A stretch of 64,000 nt of DNA, taken from assembly GCF_004010195.1 (NCBI RefSeq), contig NC_057718.1, forward strand, positions 67,893,872 through 67,957,871, given 5' to 3'. The notes beneath the pieces are model-generated. The model saw nothing but the letters and a program-made list of their open reading frames with translations, was not told where the DNA came from and ran no database searches. The DNA is from Chiloscyllium plagiosum. Its lineage: Eukaryota. A program made the position numbers and the translations under genes. Shown here piece by piece: positions 1 through 10,827 of this stretch; position 1 is the stretch's first letter; the number at the start of each line of letters is the position of its first letter.

Positions 1-1101
1 TGCTTTAACTACTTCACCCTCATCTGATATCTTCCGGGTGAAGACAATAAAATCAGACTCAACAGAGTCTTTTACAGAGCTTCAGTTAGATCATTATACT
101 CTACTTGCCATTGTGACTTTCTTCCTGCTCCAAAAGAGTATTTGCTGTGACCATCTCTTCAACCAATCATATGAATTGAAGGGCCAATCTTATTATCATC
201 CCTTCGAATGTTATCAAGTGATTTTCTGCATTAACACTGACTTCATCTTCCTCTTTTCAATCTTGGGGAAAATCACTTGTTATCTTTAACAACATTGTTT
301 TGAATATGTCTGGAATGGAAGATTTAGAATTGGAACTGCCTTTATTTCATACATTAACTGAGTGCACAGAAACCTAATAGAATTGCTAGTGAAACTCTCC
401 TGACATTTCCATTAACAAGCTAGAACAAGGTTTAGTTTCCCCAGGCAGTGTCAAATTAGCTGTTCTCAATTTGGACAGTCTTGAAGGAGACTGCTGCAAT
501 TGATTCAAAATTTCAGTTAGGAATCCCCTTCAGTACTATTCCACCAACCTGGCACATGCATGGATGCTAAGTCAGGGATGAGTCTAACTGTGATTGTGAT
601 GCCCTCAAAAATCTGCAAGGGCTATGTACTGCACGGAGAATGGCAACTTACATGAGATTCTGAAAGAGCACTGATACTGAGCAGCTTGACAAAGAAAGGG
701 AGTCAGGGAGAAATGACCAAAATAAACTTACTACTGGCATTTTCCTGTGGATGTGCAGGCATTTGAAGCTTTTTTTACACCCAGGTGCCTTTGCTGTGCA
801 AAAGGGAGTAAGTTTCCATATTCAGAGGAAGGATCCATTTAGTAGATAAACCAGCCAAAATTGTCTTTGATACTTGTTTATTATTTGAAGTTCAGTTATT
901 TTGGTTCTACTTTTTCAAAAAAGTCAGTTTTTAGAAAATGTTGGTTTTGTCGTCCCTTAGGTTTCAGATAAAGTAATTTGGATTATATTTTAGATCCAAT
1001 TTTCTTCCCTTTGCGCCCAAATCAGGAGTTATTTGATTCAAATAAGGTTTATCAGGGCCTTTTCTCCTGTTTTGATGTCCATCATTCCTGTCTGTTCACA
1101 G

Positions 1102-1189
1102 ATCCCAGCAGATATATAATGAATTAGAAATACTAGTTGATAAACAAAGTCTTGTCTCTGAAGGAGAATATGCTTGTATTGCTGTTTGA
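1102..1189 (+). CDS. Candidate terminal coding exon of an unidentified gene (SQQIYNELEILVDKQSLVSEGEYACIAV*)
   Basis: Pyrimidine-rich acceptor ttcctgtctgttcacag ends at 1101; one open frame to TGA at 1187-1189; AATAAA at 1337-1342. No homology recognised. Confidence 0.2.
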
Positions 1190-1384
1190 GACTTCTGCAT
1201 CTTGCAGTTGGCAATCATAAACAGAGAGGAAGCTATATGAATAGAATTCAATTTTAAAGTATTAAGTTTATTTAAGGCCTTTAAGAAATATTTGTATAAA
1301 TTTTCTGAAGCAGTAGTTGATGCGTAAAAGGGCGGAAATAAAATTATCAAGGCAGTGTCACAGTTCAAAATAATTTTAAAGATT

Positions 1385-1760
1385 TAAAAAGAATAACATT
1401 ATAATCGGCCCTTAAAACATCCCAAGGTGTAATCAGCCAAAAACGGACACTGTGCTAAATAATATATCCCAGGTGATCAAAAGCTTGGTAATAAAGATAA
1501 TTTCCAAGAGGAATTAAAAGAAGAAAAAATTGGAACAGGGAATTTTATGGAACATAAGGCTGAGGCGACTGAGAGGATATAAATGTCAGGAGTAATGTGA
1601 AAGGAAGAGGGCAGAAGGGCAAAGGTGAAAGAATAAAAAATTTAGGATAAAGACTATTGTGAGATGTGTCTGGACATAGTTACAAATACATTTAAAAGAA
1701 TATATTATTTAAAATTAGATTTAGGAGACTGATGCTGAAATATGACAGACTATAAAGTTG
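1385..1760 (-). mobile_element. Old L2-like LINE 3' remnant
   Basis: Degenerate purine-rich tract (catcccaagg...caggtgatcaaaagcttggt) resembling other old remnants near 31400-31700; no ORF. Confidence 0.3.
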
Positions 1761-2030
1761 AGAATTATCCAGAGCCTACATTGGAACCAAATAGCGATGA
1801 TAATTCCAGAAAAGAGAGAAGCAGCTATGTTTCAAATGAAAAGAGAGCTATCACCAATATCATTCATTCTGCTATTGTCATGTTTTCTGCTCAAAGACAG
1901 GTCAAATCCAAAGCGTCATGACTGGGCAAATTATCAGCTCCTGAAACTTCAGAGCACACTCCACACTTATGCCACCAATCTGATCCTCACTCCAGCAGTC
2001 CAGGTAACAGAGCCAACTGGTTCCCAAGTG

Positions 2031-2730
2031 CAGAGGAACCTTGATTATCCAAACGAGATAGGCGGGCACTATTTCATTTGGATAATTGATTATTCAGTTA
2101 ATTGATTTAATGCCTTTTCTCTGGAACTCGGAGTTTTCTATTAAGTCTGCTCCCCGTTCAGGAGATTAGCAGCAGCACAATGCGTGCGAGCCCATCCCCA
2201 ACCTTGTCCGCCCACACCCCAAACCCCGTCTGACACTGCCCCTACCCACTGCCAACACCGCTGCCCCCTGCACCGTCCACCTCTGACTCACCCATCTGCC
2301 CCCAACACTGCAACCCGCCCCCACCCCTTTCCGCCCCGTTCCCTCTCCAGGGCAGCTGGACTGGGCACCAGCAACAAGACTGTTGCTGCTGCCTTTTGGA
2401 GGGCGAGTCTCCAAATAGCGTGAGCGCGCGCGCACACAACTTTTCACTGTAACTTTTTGACAGGTTCTACTTCTGCCCTGTACAGGACAATGTTGGAGAT
2501 GTTATCTGGGTAAGGGGGGGTTTGGGGTACACCCCTGTGTAGAACTCCAGGGAAAGTGTGGGAAGAGAGAGAGCGGGCAGTGGGATGTCAGTGCCTGGGC
2601 TCCCATCAATGTCCAGGACTGTTCTAGGGAGCACTTTTAATCACTGTAAACAAAAGATGCAATAAGTGTTGAACACATGTCTTTGATGTAATGTTTCTGT
2701 CGAAACCTCGAGATCTCCTTATCTCCTGTC
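2031..2730. mobile_element. Possible Tigger/pogo-like non-autonomous DNA transposon remnant (one terminus only)
   Basis: Starts cagaggaaccttgattatcc, resembling CAGTAGAACCTCGATTATCC-type TIRs; subterminal ggataattga; GC-rich interior; second TIR not seen. Confidence 0.4.
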
Positions 2731-2967
2731 CGTATCTGTGGAGAGAAATCAGAGTTAATGTTTCGGGTCGAGTGACCCTTTCTCAGAACTGATGGTAGCG
2801 AGGAAAATGTCAGTTCATATGCATAAGATTGGGTGGGGTAGGGGCTAAGGTGTAAATATTAGGTGGGGATAGAGACCAAAGAGAGAGAAGAGCAATTGGA
2901 CAGACAAAGGAGCGGATAAAACTCTGACTAAGAAGGTGAATACTTATAAATAGAGACCGGTAATGAC

Positions 2968-3475
2968 TAATAGGAAGGATATTATTAAGCTGGAGAGGGT
3001 TCAGAAGAGACTTGCCAGGATGTTGTTGTGGATTGAAGGTTTGAGTTATAAAATAAGATTGGATAGGTTGGCATTGTTTCCACTGGAGGAGAGGAAGTTG
3101 AGAGGTGACCTGATAGAAGTTTCTATAATAATGAGAGGTATAGATAGAGTTAGTGGTAGTGGTCTTTTGCCTAGGATGGGGAATTTAAAGAATAGGGGGC
3201 ACATTTTTAAAGGTGAGAGGAGAAAGATTTAAAACAGACATGAGGGGCATATTCTTTACATAGAGGGTGGTTCACGTGTGGAATGAACTGCCTGAGGAAG
3301 TGATGGATACGAGTACAACTACAACGTTTGAAAGACATTTGGATAAGTATGTGAACAGGCAAGGTTTGGAGGGATGTGGGACAGGAACAGGCAGGTGGCA
3401 CTAGTTTAATTTGAGATAATGTTTGACATGGACGGGTTGGACCAAACGGTCTGTTTCCAGGCTGTATGACTGTGA
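2968..3475 (+). mobile_element. CR1 LINE 3' fragment nested in the PLE end
   Basis: RKDIIKLERVQKR...LRGDLIEV C-terminal ORF2 motif and CR1 3' UTR ending ctgtatgactgtga. Confidence 0.9.
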
Positions 3476-4850
3476 GAATAACAGGTAGTCTATAATGGCA
3501 GGCTATGTGATAACAAGGGGATTGATATGTGGGGATTTGGGTAAGGACATGGGAGTGCTCAGTCCCTAAAGTTATTGAACTCTATATTGAGTACAAAAGA
3601 CTGCAGCGTCCCCAAGTGGAAAATGAGGTACTGTTCTTCTAGCTTGCACTGAACTTCACTGGAGCACTGCAGCAAGCCTGAAACAGAAAAGTTGGCCAGG
3701 GAACAGGGTGGTTTATTAAAGTAGCAGCCAATTGGAAGCTCAGGGTCTTTCTGGCAGACAGAACATAAGTGTTATGTGAAGCGGCCACTCTGTCTATGCT
3801 GCGCTCCCCCAGTGTGGAGGAAATAACATTGTGAGCAGAGAAGGCTGTAAACTAGATTATGGGAAATGCAGGTAAAGCACTGCTTCATCTAAAAAGTGTG
3901 TTTGGGTCCTTGAGGAGGGGGGAAGAAAACAACAGGTGTAACAGGTATTACACCTTCTGTGGTTGTAGGGTAAGGTGCCATAAGGCTTTAGGGAGGGTGT
4001 TAGGAGTGAATGAAGAGTGAATGAGGGTGTCCCAGAAGGAACAGTCCCTGTGGAAGGCTGACAAGGAAGGGGAGGGTAATAAGTGTCTAGTGATGGCACC
4101 TTGCTGGAGATGGTGGAAATGGTAGCTAACGATCCTCTGGCTGTGGATGCCAGTGGGATGGTAAGTAAAGACAAGGGGAACTCTAAAGCTGTTGCGGGAG
4201 GGAAGAGAGGGCATAAGGGGAGATAGGTTGAACCCAGCTAAGGGCCCCGTCAACAAGGTGCTGGGGAATCCTCAGTTAAGGAAAAAGGTGGGCATTTCAG
4301 AGACACCCTTGTCAAAGTTGGCATTGTTGGAACCGAAGTAATGGAGATGGAGGAACTGGGAGAATGGAATAGAGTGTGACGATGTTAGTCAAGATAACTG
4401 TGGCTTTATAGTGAATGTTGGTGGACAGTCTATCCCCAGAAATAGAAACAGAAATGTTGAGGAAGGGAAGGGAGGAGTCAGAAATGAAGGTAAGACCATG
4501 GTGGAAATTGGAAGCTAAATCGATTAACTTTTCAAATGAACAAGAGAGGGAAGAGCATCGACGATATTTTCGATATACCGAAGAATGAGTTGTGGGGGCT
4601 GGAATAGGACTTGAACGAGGAATGTTCAATGGACCCCACAGAGACAGGCATAACTGCGATGCTGTGTGGGTACCCATGGCCAATCCCCTGACCTGAAGAA
4701 AATGAGAGAAGTGAAAAGAGAAATCATTCAGAGTGAAGATGAGCTCAACCAGGTGGATGAGTTTGGTGGTCGTGGTGGATGGGGATGGTTCAGGAAGAAG
4801 CGGACAGCCTTGAAACCATTTTGGCAGGGGATGGACGCATAAAGGGATTG

Positions 4851-4980
4851 GGCAAAAGTGAGGACTGCAGATGCTGGAAACCAGAGTAGAGATCAGAGTG
4901 GTGCTGGAAAAGCACAGCAGGTCAGGCAGCATCCGAGGAGCAGGAAAATCGACGTTTTGGGCAAAAACCCTTCATCAGGA
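4851..4980 (-). mobile_element. 130-bp PLE-end mini-insertion with hammerhead motif
   Basis: Minus strand begins tcCTGATGAagggtttttgcccAAAACGTC; flanked by atggacgcataaagggattg (4831-4850) and atggatgcgtaaaaggattg (4981-5000). Confidence 0.8.
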
Positions 4981-5534
4981 ATGGATGCGTAAAAGGATTG
5001 CACATCCATGATAAAGAAAAAGCAACTGGAGCCAGCAAGCTGGAAATTCTGAAACTGGTGTAAAACATTGGAAAAATTGAGAAAAGAGAGTTGAGGTAGG
5101 AAGAGATAAATTATGTGGGACAGGATCAGACAGAAATAATGAGTCTACCTCTTTGTGGATTTACGGAAAGGTAGAAGTGAGCTGTGCAGTTGAGAGACTA
5201 CCAGCTTGGAGGCAGTTGGGGGGTGATCACCAGATCAAATAAGGTTGGCAACTGTCATTGACACAATGGCCTGATGTTCCTTCATGTGGTCATGGTCTGG
5301 TGGAGACGGGAGGAGGTATTGCTGGCATTCAGCCTCTGCAACGTAGAGGTCCGTCCGCCAGACTACAACAGCACCACCTTTCTCAGCAGGCTTAATTATA
5401 AAGTCAGGGTTGGATCTGAGAACATGGAGTGCAATCATTTCCAGGGAGTATAAGAGCATTCAAAGTTTGTGCGAAGATTTGTAGCTCGGGTGCTCGTTGT
5501 TGTGGTTCTGTTCGCCGAGCTGGAAGTTTTTGTT

Positions 5535-5574
5535 GCAAACGTTTCGTCCCCTGGCTAGGCGACATCATCAGTGC
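5535..5574 (-). ncRNA. Minimal hammerhead ribozyme motif (antisense twin of 5697-5736)
   Basis: Exact reverse complement within the left arm of the inverted repeat. Confidence 0.75.
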
Positions 5575-5696
5575 TGGGTACCCAATATACCAACCACGAC
5601 AGCGGACAGCTGAAACTGACAACAGGAAGCGGCAGGGACAGACCACTATAAACACCAGAGGAAACATCAAAGAAGCGCTTCGCAAGAGGCTCCCAA

Positions 5697-5736
5697 GCAC
5701 TGATGATGTCGCCTAGCCAGGGGACGAAACGTTTGC
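5697..5736 (+). ncRNA. Minimal type I hammerhead ribozyme motif
   Basis: GCA-CTGATGA-t-GTCgCCT agcc AGGgGAC-GAAA-CG-TT-TGC: intact core, paired stems I and II, ACGT palindrome in place of stem III. Confidence 0.75.
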
Positions 5737-5782
5737 AACAAAAACTTCCAGCTCGGCGAACAGAACCACAACAGTATAAGAG

Positions 5783-7030
5783 TATAAGAATCAAAAGAAT
5801 AAAATATTATTTTAATGGAGAATGACTCCAAAATAGTGCAGCATGAAGGGCTTTTGGAGTTCTTGTGCATGAAGCACGAAAAATGTGGTCTCCTCTACCT
5901 TGGGGAAACAAAGCATAGACTGGGTGCCCACTTTGCAGAACATCTATGTTCTGTCCCCAAAAAAGACCCTGAACTTCCAGTTGCCTGCCACTTCAACACA
6001 TCACCTGTTCCCTGGCCAACATCTCTCTCTCCAGTTTGTTGCAGTGCTCCAGCAAAGTTCAGCGCAAGCTGGAAGAACAGCACATCACTTTCCACATGGA
6101 GGCTCTGCGGCCTTCTGGACTCACTATAGAGTTCAACAGCTTTCGGACTTGAGCTTCTCTTGTCCTTACTCAACCCCCAAATTCCAGGTCCACATCGTCT
6201 GCTATTACACACAACCTATTGGCAGCCACTAATTGTCCTCATTAGTAGCTATTCATCTTCCTCGCCTGACCATTACCAACTCCTTTGTCTGTCCAACTGT
6301 CCATCTCGCTCTTTGGGCTCTATCTCCACCCATTATTTACTTCTTACTCTTTTCGCTCCACACCTTACCTACTGCATTAAAAAAAACAATATTTTCCTAG
6401 CCACCACCAGTTCTGAAGAAGGGTCACTGGACCCAAAATGTTAACTCTGATTTCACTCCATAGATGCTGCCAGACCTGCTGAGCTTTTCCGGAAATTTTT
6501 GTTTTTGTTTCTGATTTCCAGCATCCGCAGTTCTTTCAGTTTTCAAAATGTAAATACTCAGACACAGTAAGTAATTAAGAAGGCAAATAGAATTTGGCTT
6601 TTATTGTTAGAGCTTTGAAGTCTAAAGTTATAGAAGCCTTGTTACACTTGTACAAGGTATTGGTGAGGACAGACCTGGAATAAAGTTTTGGTCCCTTTAT
6701 CTCGAATGGACATGTAGGCATTGGAGGAAATTCAAAAGAGAATCACTAGGCTGATTCCCGTGTTGAAGCGGCTTGGCATGACAAGAATGGTTAAACTAAT
6801 TAAGCTTTCATTCTTTAGACGAATGAGCTCATTGAAACGTGCAAAATTCTGACAAGATTTAACATGATACGTGTTGAGACGATGAAAGTATTTAAAGAGG
6901 AGGTAGGTTAGTGTTTGATATATTGGGGCATTGAGGGTGATGAGCAGCTGGCACAAAATAAAGAGTTCCTGCTTATTGAATGGGAGCCAGGCTTGAGGGG
7001 ATGAATGGCCTACTTTAATTTCTTATGTCT
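5783..7030 (+). mobile_element. Old CR1 ORF2/3' remnant split by a PLE fragment
   Basis: Degenerate KYYFNGE..GVLVHE sequence before 5880 resumes after 6551 (aagaaggcaaatagaat...tgtacaaggtattggtgagg). Confidence 0.7.
5887..6544 (+). mobile_element. PLE 3' fragment (GIY-YIG C-terminus + pLTR)
   Basis: CGLLYLGETKHRLGAHFAEHL...LPVACHFN; hammerhead-like CTGAAGAagggtcactggacccAAAATGTT from 6413; aaaatgt repeated at 5880-5886 and 6545-6551. Confidence 0.85.
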
Positions 7031-7792
7031 ACTTCAGATAAATTACAACAGATGATGTCATGCAGAAGTTAGAAGGAGGATGGAGATGGCCAGAAGTTAT
7101 GTAAGTGAAGGATTTGTGAGGAAGAAAACACGTGCTTTGCTCCAAAGGATACAAAAGATACTACATTGTATCCACTTCCTTATATGCCTCCGAGACTAAC
7201 ACAATAAATTCTGACCTGTGGAAGAAAATACAGGTCTTTGAAATTTGCAAGTGAAGACATATGATAAAAAAATCACATCCAAACCATAAGATAAATGAAA
7301 ACTTGAAATTAGAAAAGAAAAAGTGCTTTGTAAAGTGCTTTGTAAAGTGACATCCAAAATAAAAAAGGTCTTGTTATTTTGACCAATTGATTAGGGGACT
7401 GGATGCCAGCAAGTAAAGAAATAATGAGTGACTGGGGTCTGAGGTACAGCAGGAAGTTTTTGGACAAGTAAATAGAATATAGAGGATAGGAGGCTGGCCA
7501 CGGGTATTGGATTATCAAATCTGAAGGTTACAATGGCATGGGTGAGAGTTTCATCAGCAGATGGCTTGCAGCAGGACAGATCTTACTGGTTTGTAGGACA
7601 GACTTGAAGGATATATTGATAAGAACATTCACCTTGGGGATGAATCGGATGACAAAGTTGGAAAGCATCTGTTGGAGCTTAAGACTATAGAAAAGTGAGG
7701 TGTTGAATTAAGGTCAAGGATACAAGGTTTGTGATCTGTACCAGTATGGTTGCTTTGATTGTTGAATTGGAGGAAATTGAGATTACTGCAAG

Positions 7793-7815
7793 ACTGTCTG
7801 TCTGTCTGTCTGTCT
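7793..7815. repeat. (CTGT)n microsatellite
   Basis: ctgtctgtctgtctgtctgt. Confidence 0.85.
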
Positions 7816-7919
7816 CTGTCAGTCAACCATCCTAACAATTCAGTTAATTGACAGATGGAAGCAAGTGATGAAGAAAATTGAGCTATTTAATATCAGTGTA
7901 CATGTGAGAGCTGACTCAT

Positions 7920-8021
7920 AAGTGAGGACTGCAGATGCTGGAGTACCAGAGTTGAAAAATGTGGTGCAAATGTGGTGCCCGGCCTGCTGTGTTTTTTCCA
8001 GCACCACATTTTTCAACTCTG
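7920..8021. mobile_element. Tiny fold-back PLE-end fragment
   Basis: 21-bp perfect inverted repeat 7947-7967 / 8001-8021; same family as 4851-4980. Confidence 0.75.
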
Positions 8022-8419
8022 CTATCAAGGTAAGGTATGTCACTGAGAATGAGGAGTAGGCTGAATATAGCCATTGAAAGAACCCATCACTTGCCACAAT
8101 GAATAGTTAAGAATAGAACAAAGCGAAGGAAATCCCACTAGGTGGAGTAGGATGATGTGATTAATCATGAAATGATGACAAAATTTCAAGGAGGGAATTG
8201 CACCAAGGAGGCTATTTTGGGTTCCACTTTTTGAATAGGACCATCTGAGTGCAGCAAATACTTGATTAGAAATATTACAAAAAATATTATACTGATTTGT
8301 AAGACAAGAGCAAGATTAAAGACTTCAGTGGTTTATAAAGTTGCCAAGCAAGTTGTAAGTTTGAGTATGTGAGGTATTTTAGAATTTAGCAAAGGTGGAC
8401 CAAGTGACTGATTTCTTTT

Positions 8420-10210
8420 TTTAAAAACAGCATAGAATGAAAGTAAACTAGCAAGGAGGGAGACTGTAAAAGTTGCTACATGCATGCAAAAAGGCAGAGA
8501 TTATCAAAGATAAATTAGGACTATTTTTAGTACTTATAATGGAGAATAAGGAAATGGCAGCTCTACTGAATAAATGTTTTGTCTGTCTCAATAGAGGAAG
8601 TTGCACAAAAACCTCCCAGAAATATTAGTGAACCAAGATTGAGAATGAGAAATCTTAAATTGTTATTAAAGAAATTAGATTGCCATTTGATAGTACAGAA
8701 CTTGAGCATTACTGCAAAAAGATACATTATGTCCAAGTATTTCATCCTACATTCATACAATTCAAAAGTACTACCAAAGTAAAGGAAAATCAATGTTATG
8801 CTGTATGAAAAGTCAGTACTGATTCCTTGACAAATAGATTCTAGTTGATAGAAGTGTTGCCATGGAGAATGCACCAATTATTGAATGCTGACAGTTAAAC
8901 GTCAGACGTTGTTTAAAATTTAAACAAGGCAGTTTGGCCGTTGTCAAAGCACTGTTGTGAGAAATGAGCCAGGGAATGTCAGTCTCCTATTTTGTTACAT
9001 TGAAACAGGTGCAGTATGTGTACCTGTTCTTTCTGTCATCAAAGAACCTGGGTGTATTAATATATGTGGCTTCCAATAATGCCATACTGCAAACCTGACT
9101 GATGATCAGTATAATTCTTCGAAGCAAATGTTTCTATTTGCAAAATCACATTTAATATTGGACATTAGTGTTTAGTTTTGTAAGCTAGTTAGTACATTGC
9201 TTGTTGCAAACAGCAAAGGGTTATGCTGTCTGATATGATCTGCAGTCATTGGGACATATGGCCTCCACACCTAGCGTCACACCTACGCAGACGTTCATGT
9301 ATTACATTACTCATTTGTGTGATAGGCAAAACGTCCTTATGGCTTGGCAGCAGCGTCTTGTTAGTGGAGAGAATCACTCATGTTGCTACTGCATTTTGGA
9401 AACAGTGGATGTGGTGTATTAGATTTTGAAAATCCAATTTGATAAGGTCCCAAACAGGAAGTCATTAAAATTAGAACGCATGGGAGTGACAGTCACTTAA
9501 TATTATGGATTGAGAATTAGTCAATTGAGAGAAAACAGAATGGAAGAAAAGAAATTATTCTCAGTTTGGAAAGCTATCATAAGTAAGGACTGCATGGGTC
9601 CGAATTTGAGGTCCCAGTTTTGTGCAATCTATCAACATTTTGGATTTGGGATGAAATGTAGTATTTTCAAATTTGCTAATAAAATAAAACTAAATGGTAC
9701 TGAGTGTTTGAGGAAGACATGGTTTCAAGGGAGTTTAGATGGGTTTATGTGAGTGGGCAAAAATCTGGCAGATGGAACATAATGCAGGAAGATAGGAAGT
9801 TACCCACTTTGGATGAAACAGAAATGCAGAGTTTTTTATTCTTTACCGTATTCTTGAAAATTTAGAAGAATAAGAGGCAGTCTCATTATAAAATACAGTA
9901 GGGTTAGTGAAAGAAAAATTATCCCTCAGTTTTGGGGGTTTTGTACAGGGGCATGGTCTTCGAATAAGGGAGTCAACCATTTGGGATTGAGTTAAAGATG
10001 ACTTATTTTTCACTCCGAAGGTACTGAAACATTAGAATTGTCTTGCCTAGAGGACAAGGCTTGTTATTGAACATGCCCAAGATAAGAGATCAAAGGATAT
10101 GGGTCAGTTTCGGGAAATAGCAATTGATCAAGAAAATGAGCTATGACCTAGTTGATTGACTGAATGGGAGAGAGGACCTGATAGGCCTACTCCATTGATT
10201 TCCTTGTAAA
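8420..10210 (+). mobile_element. Old CR1 ORF2 remnants
   Basis: Degenerate VDVVY.DF...FDKVP (~9405-9450) and CSIFKFAN (~9660) motifs. Confidence 0.65.
8790..9385 (-). mobile_element. Remnant of a distinct PLE family (GIY-YIG end + 3' UTR)
   Basis: Minus translation LLPSHKDVLPITQMSNVIHE...CDARCGGHMSQ*..DHIRQH resembles NVVY-C-C-YVG-T-RI-QH; a related 3' UTR piece recurs at ~42425-42530. Confidence 0.65.
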
Positions 10211-10827
10211 ATTATTCATTAATGCTGAAGTTAACTTGCAGCATGGAATAAAGCTCTGACTTGTGCAGTTCCATCATTATGCAGTAGGTATTATCTTGCA
10301 GATAGGTGCTAAGGAAGTTTTAAAGATTTAAACTTTTCATATAAATTCATTCTCAGCATTTGCATTTGTATATATATTATTTAGAAATTCATGAATCGTA
10401 ACTTGGTTTGGAGATTCCATGTGATTTTTTCAAAATCAATCGGTGCCAGGCTTTTTCAAAAGACAAGTCATATGGTGGAGCAATGTGGTTAATCCTGTGA
10501 ATTGGCAAGCATTTTAGTCCACTCTCTGATTTTTGTATTGTATTGTCAAGACAGTTAAAATATTTAGATGTTCGAATTTTGCACAAGTCCTACTGTTGCA
10601 TTAATGAAATAAATAGCAGAATTATATGAACAGGCTGCTTTTTGTAGTTGAGGTGAAAAGATCTCCAACGTTTTTGTTTCCATTAGATTTGAGTGTTTGT
10701 TGGATTTTCACTTCGTTTACCCGTGAAGAAATTCTCTTGTTAATTGTAAGAGTTTTACTGATGTAAAGGTGACTCTAAATTGGAGTTTATCCTAATTAAA
10801 ATTACTCTGTTGTCATCGCAAGGAGCA

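Larger units (their letters stand above)
2734..5446 (-). mobile_element. Decayed Penelope-like element (RT + GIY-YIG + 3' pLTR), interrupted by CR1 and a mini-insert
   Basis: Minus-strand frames: IIKPAEKGGAVVVW (5235-5459), HFLQVRGLAMGT and LPFLNISVSISGDRLSTNIHYK (4312-4932), RVPLVFTYHP (3948-4256), degenerate GIY-YIG near 3600-3870; pLTR with decayed hammerhead at ~2755-2790. Confidence 0.85.
5457..5772. mobile_element. Young fold-back PLE-derived element
   Basis: Perfect 78-bp inverted repeat 5498-5575 / 5696-5773; flanking duplication agtataagag at 5447-5456 and 5773-5782. Confidence 0.85.

Noticed and set aside
2166..2447. CpG-island promoter or Pro/Gly-rich gene
   Set aside because: Low-complexity C-rich tract inside a probable transposon remnant; ORFs follow from composition
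5404..5794. Overlapping ORFs sharing the peptide CCGSVRRAGSFCCKRFVPWLGDIISA on both strands
   Set aside because: Artefact of the perfect 78-bp inverted repeat; no evidence of a protein
2734..6544. One large PLE bounded by inverted pLTRs
   Set aside because: The + strand copy (5887-6544) sits inside an older CR1 with its own flanking aaaatgt repeat and is clearly diverged from the - strand copy, so two insertions are more likely
7321..7349. Short direct repeat aagtgctttgta x2 (also gcccatctgg x2 near 49380)
   Set aside because: Simple slippage duplications with no further structure
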